From positions 265,264 through 329,263 of the forward strand of contig CBDCPI010000008.1 in NCBI GenBank assembly GCA_965220245.1: a DNA stretch of 64,000 bases, written 5' to 3'. The translations under genes and the position numbers were made by a program. The stretch's first letter is position 1, and each line of letters begins with the position of its first letter. Under the pieces are notes generated by a model. That model did no database searches, was not told where the DNA came from, and saw only the letters and a program-made list of their open reading frames with translations. Shown piece by piece: positions 25,604-36,195 of this stretch. This DNA comes from Dehalococcoidia bacterium (GTDB taxonomy: Bacteria > Chloroflexota > Dehalococcoidia > Lucifugimonadales > UBA3495).

Positions 25604-27145
25604 CTAGCTCCGGCCGTTGTAAACGTAATGCGGCGGGCCGTCGCCGGAATGCCAAGCTTCGTAGAACCGCTCGACGAAGGGGACCAGCCGGTTTGCCATC
25701 TGCCTAGCCGCCAAGGTCGCCGGTTCCACCGACCGGGAAAACCGCTCTTTCAACTCTTGCAACACCGCGCTCTTATCGATATAGGTAAAGCGGCCGTCCC
25801 GCAGCACCACGTCGCCGTCGATGATCACCGTGTTTACATGCTGGGACTTCCCTCGATAGAGGAGGGCGTCGATCATGTTGAGGTCGGGGTCAAGGTACGG
25901 TTCCTCAATGTAAGACAAGTCCAACAACACCATGTCGGCCCGCCGGCCCTTTTCCAACGCGCCGATCTTATCTTGAAAAAAAGTGGGGCGGGCTGCGTTC
26001 ACCGTTCCCATCTTGAGCACTTGGTGGGAATTTATCGCCGGCGCGGCTATCGACGGCTGCCGGTGCAGCTTGGATAGCAAGCGCATTTCCTGAAGCATAT
26101 CATCGTCGTCGTTAATCGCGGTGCTGTCGGTCCCGACCGACACGTTCACTCCCCCGGCCAGCATCGCGTTTACCGGCGCAATCCCGTTTTTTAGCCGCAA
26201 GTTCGAGCTGGCGTTGTGGCAGACGGTGGCATTGTTGCCGGCCAGCAATTCGATGTCGGCGTCGGTCAGCCAGACCGAATGCGCACAGGACACCTCCGGC
26301 CCCAAGAATCCCAGGTCTTCCAAGTGGGCCACCGGGGTCTTGGACCAAGTCCGCATCCCGTACTCTTTCTGGTAGAAGCTCTCCACCAAGTGGATGTGGA
26401 TTCCGGCCTGGTACCTGTTGGCGTAGTCTTTGGTCTGCTCCAGAAAACTGTCGGACACCCACTGGACATTGCTGGGGCTGAGCAAAACGGTGCACTTGCC
26501 GTTTGGGTCGGCCCCATACTCCCCGTGCATCTTCTCAAACAACCGGAAATAGTCCGCCATGGGCAGGTCCACCGCGGCCAAGTACTGTCTGACTCCGGCA
26601 GCCAAGTCCGTAGGCAGGCCCGACAGGAAGCCCTCGTCGTCGCCATAGACCACCCGGTTCCGCTCCCGGAAATAGACCGAAAAGGCAGTCCGCATTCCCG
26701 CGTCTCCAAAGGCCCGGAGAATCTCCTCCAAGTCGTCATCCAGTCCGGTAACCGGGGTCTGGGGATGGTTGTACATGACCGTGGTGGTGCCCGACTCGAT
26801 CATCTGCATGGCCGTGTAGAGGGTCACCAAGTAGTTGTCGTAGGGACGCTGGCCCCAACCGGCGAGGATCCAGGTCTCCAAGCAGTCGTCGACGCTGCCC
26901 AGTTGAAAGGTGGTCACACCCCTGCCGTGGTGGTGAGTGTTGACTAAGCCGGGGAACACCACAAAATTGGGGCCGCCCACCACTTCATCGACTTGAGCGG
27001 ACTGCCGAAGATTCTCGTAAGGCCCAACGTCCACGATGACGCCGTCCTGCTGCAACACCGCGCCGTCAGAAATCACGGTACTTCCGGCAGCGTCATCGCC
27101 GGCCCGGCATATCACGTACTTACCACGGATGAGGGATGAGGCCAT
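25604..27145 (-). CDS. Amidohydrolase, TRZ/ATZ / aminohydrolase SsnA-like subgroup
   Basis: FPGLVNTHHHG metal motif and an AHSVWL region. The start was set at the ATG at 27145, 6 nt after GGAGGTG. Confidence 0.75.
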   Translation of the reverse strand: MASSLIRGKYVICRAGDDAAGSTVISDGAVLQQDGVIVDVGPYENLRQSAQVDEVVGGPNFVVFPGLVNTHHHGRGVTTFQLGSVDDCLETWILAGWGQRPYDNYLVTLYTAMQMIESGTTTVMYNHPQTPVTGLDDDLEEILRAFGDAGMRTAFSVYFRERNRVVYGDDEGFLSGLPTDLAAGVRQYLAAVDLPMADYFRLFEKMHGEYGADPNGKCTVLLSPSNVQWVSDSFLEQTKDYANRYQAGIHIHLVESFYQKEYGMRTWSKTPVAHLEDLGFLGPEVSCAHSVWLTDADIELLAGNNATVCHNASSNLRLKNGIAPVNAMLAGGVNVSVGTDSTAINDDDDMLQEMRLLSKLHRQPSIAAPAINSHQVLKMGTVNAARPTFFQDKIGALEKGRRADMVLLDLSYIEEPYLDPDLNMIDALLYRGKSQHVNTVIIDGDVVLRDGRFTYIDKSAVLQELKERFSRSVEPATLAARQMANRLVPFVERFYEAWHSGDGPPHYVYNGRS

Positions 27146-27209
27146 GTCTTTCACCTCCGGCTGGGGTATCAAGGGCAATTATACTGGATTCGCGAGGGCA
27201 CAGGTTAAT

Positions 27210-27563
27210 ATGGTATTCTTGGAGGGAACTATAGACCATTTTACCGTTGAAACCCGTCGACTACGCCGGGAATATGACGCACTGCCCAAAAGACCATCGC
27301 ACGGGCAATCTACGCTGGAGCGGCATTCTTCTATCCGCCCTGAATGGATTATGCGTATCATCAAGCAACCTTACGACCGATGGGAGCAAGTTATGCCTGA
27401 TGGGGAGCGCCGAACAATTCTTGTTGGGCGAGTGCCACAATTCAGTCAGTGGATTACGGTAGTATTCGTAGGAACCGTGAGCACCGGCGAGTTGCTTACT
27501 GCCTATCCAGACAGAAGGCTGGAAAGAAGATATGGAGGAAGGCCGTGGAAGAACGTGCAGTAA
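27210..27563 (+). CDS. Small DUF4258-like protein (putative toxin of a two-gene module)
   Basis: 117 aa from the first ATG that does not overlap the divergent amidohydrolase. The C-terminal pattern ITVVF ... LLTAYPDR resembles DUF4258. The call rests on weak similarity. Confidence 0.35.
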   Translation: MVFLEGTIDHFTVETRRLRREYDALPKRPSHGQSTLERHSSIRPEWIMRIIKQPYDRWEQVMPDGERRTILVGRVPQFSQWITVVFVGTVSTGELLTAYPDRRLERRYGGRPWKNVQ

Positions 27564-27838
27564 ATCACCGGGAACTAGAATCTCTGCCGGATGTCGTAGT
27601 TTCCTATTGGCCCGAGGAGCGTAGATTATCCATACAAGCAGGAAATCCGGTCTGGGTGGATGAAGGTGAACAGGTCGCGAATGGCTTGACAGCTTTTTAC
27701 GATAAGGAAGGTAGTTTGGTGGCGATTGATTTGGACTCTGCCGAATTACTGCTCAAACCGTTCTTGGATGCTGCCCGAAGGGCAACTGACACCCTCCCAG
27801 CGGAAGTGAATGACCCGGAGCCAACCCCATCACCGTAG
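27545..27838 (+). CDS. DUF2283-like small protein (putative partner/antitoxin)
   Basis: GTG at 27545 lies 5 nt after GGAGGA and overlaps the upstream gene by 19 nt. VVVSYWPEERRLSIQ ... FYDKEGSLVAIDLDSAELLL matches the DUF2283 pattern. Confidence 0.45.
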   Translation: MEERAVNHRELESLPDVVVSYWPEERRLSIQAGNPVWVDEGEQVANGLTAFYDKEGSLVAIDLDSAELLLKPFLDAARRATDTLPAEVNDPEPTPSP

Positions 27839-27880
27839 AAGGTAGGATTGTATATAGTTCCCAAAAGTTGGAGGTACCTG

Positions 27881-28732
27881 ATGCCCGGACTGGAAGGCAA
27901 AGTAGCCCTAATTACCGGAGCCGGCGGCATGAGGGGCGTGGGGCGCGCCACCGCTTTGAAGCTGGCCGGCCTTGGCGCCGACGTGGCCTTGACCGATGTG
28001 CAACGGGAAACGGAGGACCTGCCGCCGGCCGAGGTCAGGCTTGGCTGGAGGAGCATCGACTCGGTGGGCGAGGAGGTAGCCGCACTGGGACGGCGCAGTC
28101 TCCAAGTGTATTGCGACTTGAGCCGCGAGGAGCAGATCGAGGCCATGGTGGAGCAGGTCGTGGACCACTTTGGGCATATAGACATCCTGGTCAACAATGC
28201 CCGGGCAATTATCGGGCGGGACAAAGTGCCGGTGACCGAGTTGGCAAAGGAGGTCTGGGACCACTTTCTGACCATCAATACGACCGCCGTCTTCCTGTGT
28301 ACCCAGATGGTTGGCCGGGAGATGATTCGAGTGGGGAACGGCGGACGCATCGTTAACATCGCCTCGAATGCGTCCAAGCAAGCCAGCGCCACCGGCGCCG
28401 CCTATTCCGCGTCGAAGTTTGCCGTCCTGGGGCTAACCCAAGCGTCGGCTCTAGACTTGGCGCCATACCACATAACGGTGAACGCCGTGTGTCCCGGCCC
28501 CATCAACACCGACCGGATGAGTTATTGGGAGCGGGACCGGGCCGAGGAACTGGGCATCTCCCATGAAGAGTTCCGGGGGCGAATTGTGGAAGGAGCGGGC
28601 CGCTCCTCGCCCTTGGGACGCATCGCCGAGGCGGAAGACATCGCCAACATGGTGGCCTTCCTAGCCTCCGACGACGCCAACTTCATCACCGGGCAAGCCT
28701 ACAACGTCAACGGCGGCGTCCTATTTCATTAG
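27881..28732 (+). CDS. SDR-family oxidoreductase (FabG-like)
   Basis: GKVALITGAGGMRGVG, NNA, and YSASK catalytic motifs. GGAGGT lies 5 nt before the ATG at 27881. Confidence 0.85.
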   Translation: MPGLEGKVALITGAGGMRGVGRATALKLAGLGADVALTDVQRETEDLPPAEVRLGWRSIDSVGEEVAALGRRSLQVYCDLSREEQIEAMVEQVVDHFGHIDILVNNARAIIGRDKVPVTELAKEVWDHFLTINTTAVFLCTQMVGREMIRVGNGGRIVNIASNASKQASATGAAYSASKFAVLGLTQASALDLAPYHITVNAVCPGPINTDRMSYWERDRAEELGISHEEFRGRIVEGAGRSSPLGRIAEAEDIANMVAFLASDDANFITGQAYNVNGGVLFH

Positions 28733-28783
28733 GGCCAGTCCATTAACGATATGGGCGGCGCCTCTAAGCTGGACTTTGTACAT

Positions 28784-29303
28784 TCAAGCGGCGTAGGAAA
28801 GCAAGTCTACGATGCGGTTGAATAATGGTGTCGGGACTTTCGTGATTTCAGGTTCGATATCCGACATGGAAAAACTTCCAGAGGCCCGCCGGAGGTCCTT
28901 TCTGACCAGGGCGATTGCACCGGCAAAGGTGGGCAGGGGCTTGGCATACCAAGCGGCCGTCCGGGGAAGTGGAGCAATTCCAAGACAGCGTAGCTGCTGT
29001 CCGCCACCAGCACCGGGGGCGGTGGGGCAGCCACCGGCGCAGTTGGAGGATGATCCGGCGAGCCCAGTCGGTGAGCTTCTGGTGAGCCCGCCCCCTTTTC
29101 CGGTAATATCGTTCCGAAGGCGCCAGGGGCGCCAGAAAAGGCAATACCCAAGTCCGGCTGGCCAGGGTATGGTGGTCCGCCACGGCAAGCTGATCCAGCG
29201 CAGGCCGCTGGCCTTTACGAAATGGCTCCCGCCGGAGGGCACTCGGTCGCGGTATATTCCCTTTGCCTTGACCCGCTGACCCCACCGCATGTCCGCCGAA
29301 CAC
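28784..29303 (-). pseudogene. Decayed C-terminal remnant of a DDE transposase (IS4/IS701-like)
   Basis: Transposase-like sense appears in three successive frames: ...SERYYRKRGRAHQKLTDWARRIILQLRRWLP, then VLVADSSYAVLELL, then PTFAGAIALVRKDL. No N-terminal half and no TIRs were found. Confidence 0.5.
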
Positions 29304-32300
29304 TCAGCCGTTCGGCGGACTGGCGATGTAATCGCGGGCGGCGTTCTCAGCCTCGGTCGCTAGGGCGGCAATGTTGGGAACGGACTCTTCGCGGCCGAGC
29401 CGGACGAACAGGTAAACCACCTCGGACACGGGGCGGCCGGTGGCCCGGTTGACCGCCAAGGCGTAGGCCCCGGCTTGCATCCGGTAGTTTTGCAGGCGGG
29501 CTGCGGTCTGGTCGGCGTCCACGTCGTCGGTCTTGTAGTCCACTACAACCAGGTGCCCGTTTTCCTCGAAGAGCAGGTCGATGAAACCCTCCAAGACAGC
29601 GCCGCCTTCGAGGGGTATTCCAAGGGGGACTTCGCGCCAGTACCTGGTTGAATTGACGGCCCGCTGCACTATATCGCTGGCGATTGCCTTCCGGACCAAC
29701 TGGGCGACTTCGGCGCGGCGGTGGGGAATGCCCTCCGCCGTGGCCTGGGCGTTGGCGGTGTCGTCGATACCCGAACCGGTAGCCAAATCTATGGTCTGGA
29801 GCACCGAGTGGACGGCCCGTCCAACCTCGCTGCTGCCGCGCCCCCGCTTCCAAGGCTCATCGGACTCGGACTCCTCCTTGTCCACGCTGGCCAGGCGGGT
29901 AGCGGCGATGGATGTTGGGGCGCTGTTGGCCTTAATCAGGGCCGCTCGCGCCTTGGTCCATTGCTCCCGCTCTTCCAGTGAGTGGCTCTCCGGGTCGATG
30001 CCGTCAGCGCCGGATTCATCGGCTACCTTGGGGGGCAACTCGTGGGGCTGTGCCCTTTGCCACAGGTAGTCGCCGCCCTCGGCGAAGTCGGCTACCCGAT
30101 GGGCCAAGCTAATGCCCCTATCCCGGCGGTACATGCTGACGGCCAAGTGGTCGCGGGCCCGGGTAGCGGCGACGTAAAGCAGCCGGACAGCCTCTTCTTG
30201 CTCTAAGGCCCGCTCGAGGCTGAGGGCATCCGCATATCCGGGGGTCTCAAAACGGGAGCCCTCCGACCCAGCTCTGGCCTCGATGCTACCGTTCGTTCGC
30301 TCGAAAATAACGGGTCTGGAACCTCCGGTCCGGGATAAGTCGCTGTTAATCCGGGTCAGGATGACGATGGGGAATTCCAAGCCTTTAGCGGCGTGGACGG
30401 TCATAATCCGAACAGCGTCTTCGTCGGCGTCGGGACTCGCTGCTTCGGCGACTCGGGCGTTTTCGTCGCGTCGGCGGTCCATCCACTCGATGTAGCCGCG
30501 AAGCGATTCGCCCCCGGCGGCCACGAATCCGCGGGCTTGGTCGACCATGAACCGGTAGCGCCGCCAGTGCTCCCGGGTCCGCGGGTGGTCGAGGGCAAGC
30601 TGCATCAGATGCCGCTCCCGGATAAACCGGTCGATGAGGTGGGCTACCGAGTCCCAGTTCCGCGCCGCGTGATACCCGCGCAGCTTTTCCAATCCTTGGG
30701 AGACCGGGCCGCCAACCGGCCCGTGGAGTGTCAAATAGTCGAACCGGCTCCCGGCCTGATGAAATTCCAGCAGCTCCACGTCGGAGCAAGCAAAGGCCGG
30801 CGAGCGGAGCGCGGCGACAATCGCCACCTCGTCCGAAGGGTCGTCGATGGCCCGCAGGCAGTTCATCAGGTCGCGGACTTCCTGGGTGTGGAATACCAGA
30901 GACGCGCCCTCCATCCGGTAGGGCGCGTCCGCCGCTTCCAGCGCGTTCTCCAAGCTGGAGAGGCCGGTGCGGGCCCGCAGCAGAAGACAGATGTCCCGAA
31001 ATTCGGCGGGGCGGTAGCACTCTTGGCCCTCGGCCTCGGTCTTCTCCCGGTCCAGCACCTGCCAGCCATCCTCGACAATGTTCCGCAGCAGACGAGATAT
31101 GGCTTCGTCCTCTTGCCGCCTGACCTCAGCCGCACTGGCGCTTACGACGACATCGCCCAGCCGCCACACGGCGGGTCTGGGCTTGCCTTCGCCGCTGCCG
31201 CGCCCCTGCTTCCAAGGCTCACCTTCCCACCGGTGGACTATTGGTTCATAGCCGGGCTGGGTTTCTCCCTCCGCCATCCATGGACCAAAAATGTGGTTGA
31301 CCCACTCCGCCACCGGCTGCTGCGAGCGGAAGTTCTGGACCAGTTGGACGATCTCCCCGCCCATCTGCTCGCGCAACCCGGCGACTTGGCGGATGTCGGC
31401 ACGCCGAAAGCGGTAGATGGACTGCTTGGGGTCGCCTACCACGAACAGCTTGCCGCGTTCCGGGGTGATGTTTTGCCACTGGCGCGGCCGATCACCGGCC
31501 GCGCCGCCCAAAGGCGCATCTTCGGACAAGAACAAGGCGATTTCGGCCTGGATGGGGTCGGTGTCTTGGACCTCGTCGATCAGCAGGTGGGTGAAGCGCT
31601 GCCGGAAGTAGTCCCGCACCGCAAGGTTGTCCCGCAGCAGGTCCCGGGCCCAGACTAGCAGGTCATGGTAATTGGCGCGGCCCTGACGCTTGCGGCCGGC
31701 CGCGTAATCGAGGGCAAAACCGCGCAATTCCTGCAACAGGTGAGATAGCGCGGACTGCCGCACCGCCGCTATTTCATCATCCACTGCGGTCCGGACTTCC
31801 TTGACCAAGGCTTTAAGTTGCGTGCAGGCATTGGCACCGGTCTTCGAGTCTTTCCGCCAATCGGCCGTGCGGCCCCGGTTGCCGGGCGGCCAGAGAAGCC
31901 TCGTAAGTTGGAGGTAGCTGTCCGGCTCATCGGAAGGCGCTTTTCCCAGTCCCACCGCGATGCGAAGCAATCTCTGGACACCGGCATATAACGGGTCATC
32001 GTCTCTCAGGTCCGAATATTGGCAGAGCCTAGCGAGTTCATCGGACTCACTGAGGAGCCGGTCTGCCGCCGCGGCCTCGGGCATGAGAGCTTCGGCGATG
32101 TGATAGGACTCCAGCAGATCGTAGTTTTGGTGAAATTCCAGAGCTATATTCCGTAGCTGGTCCGGACTGAGTCCCATGGTGAAAGCCAATCGCAGGTCCA
32201 GGATGGTCTCGTCACGGCGCATCGCGCCGTCCAGCCAGTCCCGCCACCGCTCCTCGAAAGCCAACTCCCCCGCTATTTCGTCCATAATTTCGAATTCGGG

Positions 32301-32687
32301 CGGGAGTCCGGCCTCCAAGGGGCGCTCTTGCAGGATAGCCGCCGCAAAGCCATGCAACGTTTGGATCGAGGCAAGATCCAAGCCCTGCAAAGCGCGGCGG
32401 GCGCTTTCCTGCTCTGGTGGGCTGAGGGACTCGTCGGCCCCCGCCTTCTCCAGTCCCTCACGAATCCGGTGGCCCAACTCGGCGGCGGCAGCCTCGGTGA
32501 AGGTGATAGCCGCAATGCCGCCGATGGACGCCCGCCCGGTAATGACCAGCCTTAGCATCCGGCCCACCAAGCTGGAGGTCTTGCCGGTACCGGCGCCGGC
32601 CTCGACGAACAGCGTCTCGTCCAGTCGGTCGAGAATCTTCTCCCTGGCGCTTTGGTCTTGAGGCTGGAATGGGCCTGCCATGCTCAC
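29304..32687 (-). CDS. addA: UvrD/Rep-type helicase fused to a PD-(D/E)XK nuclease (AddA/AdnB-like)
   Basis: 1127 aa with Walker A FVEAGAGTGKTS, LLIDEVQDT, VGDPKQSIYRFRRA and the C-terminal nuclease motif VVDYKTD. The start overlaps the stop of the upstream gene. Confidence 0.8.
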   Translation of the reverse strand: MSMAGPFQPQDQSAREKILDRLDETLFVEAGAGTGKTSSLVGRMLRLVITGRASIGGIAAITFTEAAAAELGHRIREGLEKAGADESLSPPEQESARRALQGLDLASIQTLHGFAAAILQERPLEAGLPPEFEIMDEIAGELAFEERWRDWLDGAMRRDETILDLRLAFTMGLSPDQLRNIALEFHQNYDLLESYHIAEALMPEAAAADRLLSESDELARLCQYSDLRDDDPLYAGVQRLLRIAVGLGKAPSDEPDSYLQLTRLLWPPGNRGRTADWRKDSKTGANACTQLKALVKEVRTAVDDEIAAVRQSALSHLLQELRGFALDYAAGRKRQGRANYHDLLVWARDLLRDNLAVRDYFRQRFTHLLIDEVQDTDPIQAEIALFLSEDAPLGGAAGDRPRQWQNITPERGKLFVVGDPKQSIYRFRRADIRQVAGLREQMGGEIVQLVQNFRSQQPVAEWVNHIFGPWMAEGETQPGYEPIVHRWEGEPWKQGRGSGEGKPRPAVWRLGDVVVSASAAEVRRQEDEAISRLLRNIVEDGWQVLDREKTEAEGQECYRPAEFRDICLLLRARTGLSSLENALEAADAPYRMEGASLVFHTQEVRDLMNCLRAIDDPSDEVAIVAALRSPAFACSDVELLEFHQAGSRFDYLTLHGPVGGPVSQGLEKLRGYHAARNWDSVAHLIDRFIRERHLMQLALDHPRTREHWRRYRFMVDQARGFVAAGGESLRGYIEWMDRRRDENARVAEAASPDADEDAVRIMTVHAAKGLEFPIVILTRINSDLSRTGGSRPVIFERTNGSIEARAGSEGSRFETPGYADALSLERALEQEEAVRLLYVAATRARDHLAVSMYRRDRGISLAHRVADFAEGGDYLWQRAQPHELPPKVADESGADGIDPESHSLEEREQWTKARAALIKANSAPTSIAATRLASVDKEESESDEPWKRGRGSSEVGRAVHSVLQTIDLATGSGIDDTANAQATAEGIPHRRAEVAQLVRKAIASDIVQRAVNSTRYWREVPLGIPLEGGAVLEGFIDLLFEENGHLVVVDYKTDDVDADQTAARLQNYRMQAGAYALAVNRATGRPVSEVVYLFVRLGREESVPNIAALATEAENAARDYIASPPNG

Positions 32688-35600
32688 TCATCCTCGGCGG
32701 TAGCAAGTTCCGCGTAGGGCCGGACGGCGCTATCGCCGGACTTCCGCTGCCATAAAAGGTCACGCTTGGAGGGGCACAGCGCGTCGAAGTCACAGTACTT
32801 GCAGTTGGCAAAAGAGCCGCGATCGGCATTGCCCGGATTGGCCGGGAAGACGCCGGCGTCAATGCCGGAGACGATCAGGGACATGGTCCGGTCGAATTCG
32901 TCCTTGACGTCCGCCAAGCGCATCGGAGACTTGGGAGCCATTGAGAATCCGCCCCGGTTGCTGATGAACCAGTAAGCAGAATTGACATCCACATCCTCGC
33001 TCAAACCGCTTTGGACCGCCAGCGAGTAGATGGCCAGTTGAAGGCGCTGCCCGGCCTGTATCGGGTCTTTGTCCATGCCGGTGTAGCCAGATGAACTGCC
33101 GGTCTTGTAGTCGCGCACCAGCGCCTTGCGCCCGTCGGGAGACACGTCGACGCGGTCGATGTAGCCGCGGAACTCGATCCTGTCCGTATTGGGAAGCGTA
33201 ATGGCTGCGGCCGGCCATCCTCCGGCCACCCCGAACCCGGCCTCCAGCCAGGCCGGGGTGACGCCGTGTTCGTATCTGAGCCTAGAGTCTTCTTCCAAGA
33301 ACCGGTGCAGGTCGGCTCGAATATTGGCTTTGTCCATCTGCCACATCAGGTCTCGGCCGGTCATGCCGCGGGACTCGACCTCGTCGAACCTTGCCTCGGC
33401 AATCTCCATCAAGCGACGCCGGTGAGCATCATTCCATGCCTGGTCCGGCCGGGGCGCCGTGTTTTGATTGATGGCCTCGCCAACGAAATTTTCCAGAATG
33501 GCGTGTACCAGTGTCCCCCGGTCCACTGGCGAGAGGGATAAGCGGTCTTCGGGCTTTTCCACGGCGCGCAACCCCAGCACTCGCGACAGAAAGTAGCTGA
33601 ACGGACACGTGGCCCAAGCCTCTAGGCTGGTGGCCGACAAGGGCCGACGGGGCGCCAACCGGGGCTGGTTAACGATGGCGTCGGCCACGTTCCCGTCCCA
33701 GAGAGTGAAGGCGCCGCCGTAGCGCAGCCGGGCCAGTTGCACCGGCTTGGCGAGAGGCCCGTCGCCCGCCGCCATTGGATGCCGGTCCAGGCTGGCGCCT
33801 GATTTCTGCCACGCCCTCATCGAGTCCAAGTCGTAGTCGTGCAGGTCGGCGACGGAGGTCCGGTCGACGCCGTCCAGCGACTTGTCCATTGAGCCAAGGA
33901 TGGTCAGCCAGGGTTGCGAGGCCAGCCCACCCAACGTCGATGGGTAAACGGCTTGGCCGCTGAGATTCGAGGCCCGTTCCAAGAACCAGCGGGACGGGTG
34001 CTGCTCGCGTCCGCCTATGGGGTCGGAGGCGGGGCAGGACAGCCACCGCACCGGTGCCGAGTGCAGGGCGGCCAAGAACGTGTACCGTTCCTCGCTGGCC
34101 CGGTAGTCCCGCAGCGGTAGACCGGCCCCGCTGCCTTGCCCTGATTGAGACGAGGCGGCGCGGGCGCGCTCCGGCAGCAAGGAGTCGTCCCGCTGCGGCG
34201 GCGGAAACGCCCCCTCGACCAGGCCCACGATATGGACCACATCAAAGCTCATCCCGGCTGCCGCCCCCACCGGGGCTACGAACACGCCGCGGCCCGTCTC
34301 CCCGATGCGGCCCGGAGATACTTGCAGCGCCTCCTGAAAGACCTGCTCAAATGCGGCAAAGTCGGGCTGAACGTCGACAAAGTCCGCATGGCCGACTTCC
34401 GATAGGATTTCACTCACCTGACGGTGAGCGGCGTGGCCGGTTTCCGGAGCATCGGGGCCAAGGTCGAGATAGCGGTCCAACAGGCCGCTGGCCCATCCGG
34501 CAAGACCGCCCCAAGTGTTGTCGCCGCTGGGCGGTGTTGTATCTCCGGCCAGTGTCTCGACGAAGTCCTGCAACTCCCGGGCCGCCTTGGCCCGGTATCG
34601 AATGCCCTCTATCTGGTGCTCGGACAGCTCGCCGCGTGTCGGCGCGTTAGCCGCTGCCTGCTCCAGACCTTCTGCGAAACTGTGGAGCCGCTGCGTCCAT
34701 TGGTCCCGTCCGCCGACCACACCGGCGTCCCGGGATATTGCATCCCAAAGGCTGGGGTTGATTTTGCGGCCAGCCGACCCAACTGGGCAGCCAGTAAGCC
34801 AAGCCATGACCTCGTCGCGCATAAAACCGCCCTGGCACAAACGCAGCAGGCCGGTCAGCGCACGTCCGGCGCCGGTGCTGGCCAGGGTGGCGGGGTTGGG
34901 CCCGGTGATAGGAATCCCGGCCAGTTTCAATTCCTCCAGTAGCTGGACGCCGTAGGGCTCCCGGCTGCGGTATAGCAGGGCCATGCGATGGAAGGGGACT
35001 CCGGCGTCCGCCTGCTGGACAATGTGGCGTATCGCGCTGCGTATTTCTTGGTGGGGGTCGGGCGCCACCAGCAGCGTCTCCCAGTCCAGCGTCTCACAGT
35101 CCGAGGAAGGAACTCCGTCGTCGTCTCGCAACCGCTCCGGCCGCTGGCCACTGGCCACCAGCCACTGGGATTGCGCCGGCCCGAATATGTGGGCCAACCG
35201 CTCCGCCACCAAATGCGCGGGCGCGTCGGCGGACTCGTCGCCAGTCAAGTCGAGGTACACCGAGCACTGCCCTGCCGCCGCAAGTGCTTCAATCAACGCC
35301 ATTTCGCCACGGGTGAGGCGGCGCACCTTGTAAAACACGACGAATCCCAAGTCGGCCAGGCCAAGCGAGTGGCTGCTTCTCACCGCCTCGGCGGCGGCGA
35401 GGGCCAGGTCTTCCCGGTCGTAGAAGCCGGTGGCCGTGCGCTCCCGGAAGGCCCGGTAGAGCCGCACCACCTCGGCGCGCAGACCGTCCTCGCCTTCCAG
35501 AATAGCGAGGGCATCCTCGGAGACCGGCCGCAGTTCGCGGAAGGTGCGCGCCAGGCTGCGAATGGTCGAAGGGTGAAGACGCTGCTCGCGGAGAGGGCCG

Positions 35601-35962
35601 GCCGCTTGGGCGCACACTGCTCGCACCGATGCGCTTTCAAGGACCGGCGTTAGCGGGCGCCGTCCTTGGGCGGCCAAAGCCGGGGCCGCCAGTAGCTCGG
35701 CTAGGCGGGGCAGCACCATAAATCGCACGTTACACAGGCCGGAGCGCCCCAGCTCTCGCCGCAGCTCAAGGTTGGCAAAGCCCGACGGCCCGATCACCGT
35801 TACCGGCCGCAGCGGGTCACCCCGTTGCAGCGATGCCACCGCCTCGCCCAACGCTTCGTTGGCTTGGCCGCGGTTGGTTTGGTCTCCGTTTGTTTGATCA
35901 ATGAAAAACAGCCCGGCGCCGTCGCGTCTCTCGGTTGCCTGCCCATTTCCAGTATTACTCAT
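32684..35962 (-). CDS. addB: AddB-like PD-(D/E)XK nuclease subunit with Fe-S cysteines
   Basis: 1092 aa. It has WATCPFSYF, the nuclease motif VRDYKTG, and a CKYCDFDALCP cluster. The Walker A is degenerate. Confidence 0.7.
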   Translation of the reverse strand: MSNTGNGQATERRDGAGLFFIDQTNGDQTNRGQANEALGEAVASLQRGDPLRPVTVIGPSGFANLELRRELGRSGLCNVRFMVLPRLAELLAAPALAAQGRRPLTPVLESASVRAVCAQAAGPLREQRLHPSTIRSLARTFRELRPVSEDALAILEGEDGLRAEVVRLYRAFRERTATGFYDREDLALAAAEAVRSSHSLGLADLGFVVFYKVRRLTRGEMALIEALAAAGQCSVYLDLTGDESADAPAHLVAERLAHIFGPAQSQWLVASGQRPERLRDDDGVPSSDCETLDWETLLVAPDPHQEIRSAIRHIVQQADAGVPFHRMALLYRSREPYGVQLLEELKLAGIPITGPNPATLASTGAGRALTGLLRLCQGGFMRDEVMAWLTGCPVGSAGRKINPSLWDAISRDAGVVGGRDQWTQRLHSFAEGLEQAAANAPTRGELSEHQIEGIRYRAKAARELQDFVETLAGDTTPPSGDNTWGGLAGWASGLLDRYLDLGPDAPETGHAAHRQVSEILSEVGHADFVDVQPDFAAFEQVFQEALQVSPGRIGETGRGVFVAPVGAAAGMSFDVVHIVGLVEGAFPPPQRDDSLLPERARAASSQSGQGSGAGLPLRDYRASEERYTFLAALHSAPVRWLSCPASDPIGGREQHPSRWFLERASNLSGQAVYPSTLGGLASQPWLTILGSMDKSLDGVDRTSVADLHDYDLDSMRAWQKSGASLDRHPMAAGDGPLAKPVQLARLRYGGAFTLWDGNVADAIVNQPRLAPRRPLSATSLEAWATCPFSYFLSRVLGLRAVEKPEDRLSLSPVDRGTLVHAILENFVGEAINQNTAPRPDQAWNDAHRRRLMEIAEARFDEVESRGMTGRDLMWQMDKANIRADLHRFLEEDSRLRYEHGVTPAWLEAGFGVAGGWPAAAITLPNTDRIEFRGYIDRVDVSPDGRKALVRDYKTGSSSGYTGMDKDPIQAGQRLQLAIYSLAVQSGLSEDVDVNSAYWFISNRGGFSMAPKSPMRLADVKDEFDRTMSLIVSGIDAGVFPANPGNADRGSFANCKYCDFDALCPSKRDLLWQRKSGDSAVRPYAELATAEDE

Positions 35963-36054
35963 ACAGGGATTGTACCCCTTCGACGGCCCTTTTGACGCCC
36001 AGGGCGCAAGCTAGAACAGGGTCTTTCGATTCTTAATGCAGGTAGCAGAACCAT

Positions 36055-36125
36055 AGAGGCAACCACAAGGGTTGCCTCTACAAGGTAACGCGCCGCCGGG
36101 CGTAGGGGCAGCCCTTGTGGCTGCC
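36055..36125. repeat. Two inverted copies of a GCARCCACAAGGGYTGC hairpin
   Basis: agaGGCAACCacaaGGGTTGCCtct at 36055-36079 and GGCAGCCcttgtGGCTGCC at 36107-36125. Confidence 0.45.
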
Positions 36126-36195
36126 TTGGTCTGGGAACCGAAAGGCCCTGCAAGCAAGAGAGGGCTTTGAGGCTTGGGGGTAAGGTGTCAATGCG

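Noticed and set aside
27036-27209. The 58-codon N-terminal extension of ORF 27036-27563, and likewise the extensions of 8823-9470, 20630-22159 and 27848-28732.
   Set aside because: The extensions overlap the divergent amidohydrolase start or translate repeat elements. Internal starts have much better ribosome-binding sites.
29304-35962. The addAB-like pair as part of a defence system with the neighbouring Septu genes.
   Set aside because: The motif set is that of housekeeping AddAB/AdnAB recombination enzymes. The pair is on the opposite strand and separated from ptuAB by other genes. There is nothing sequence-specific to support a defence role.
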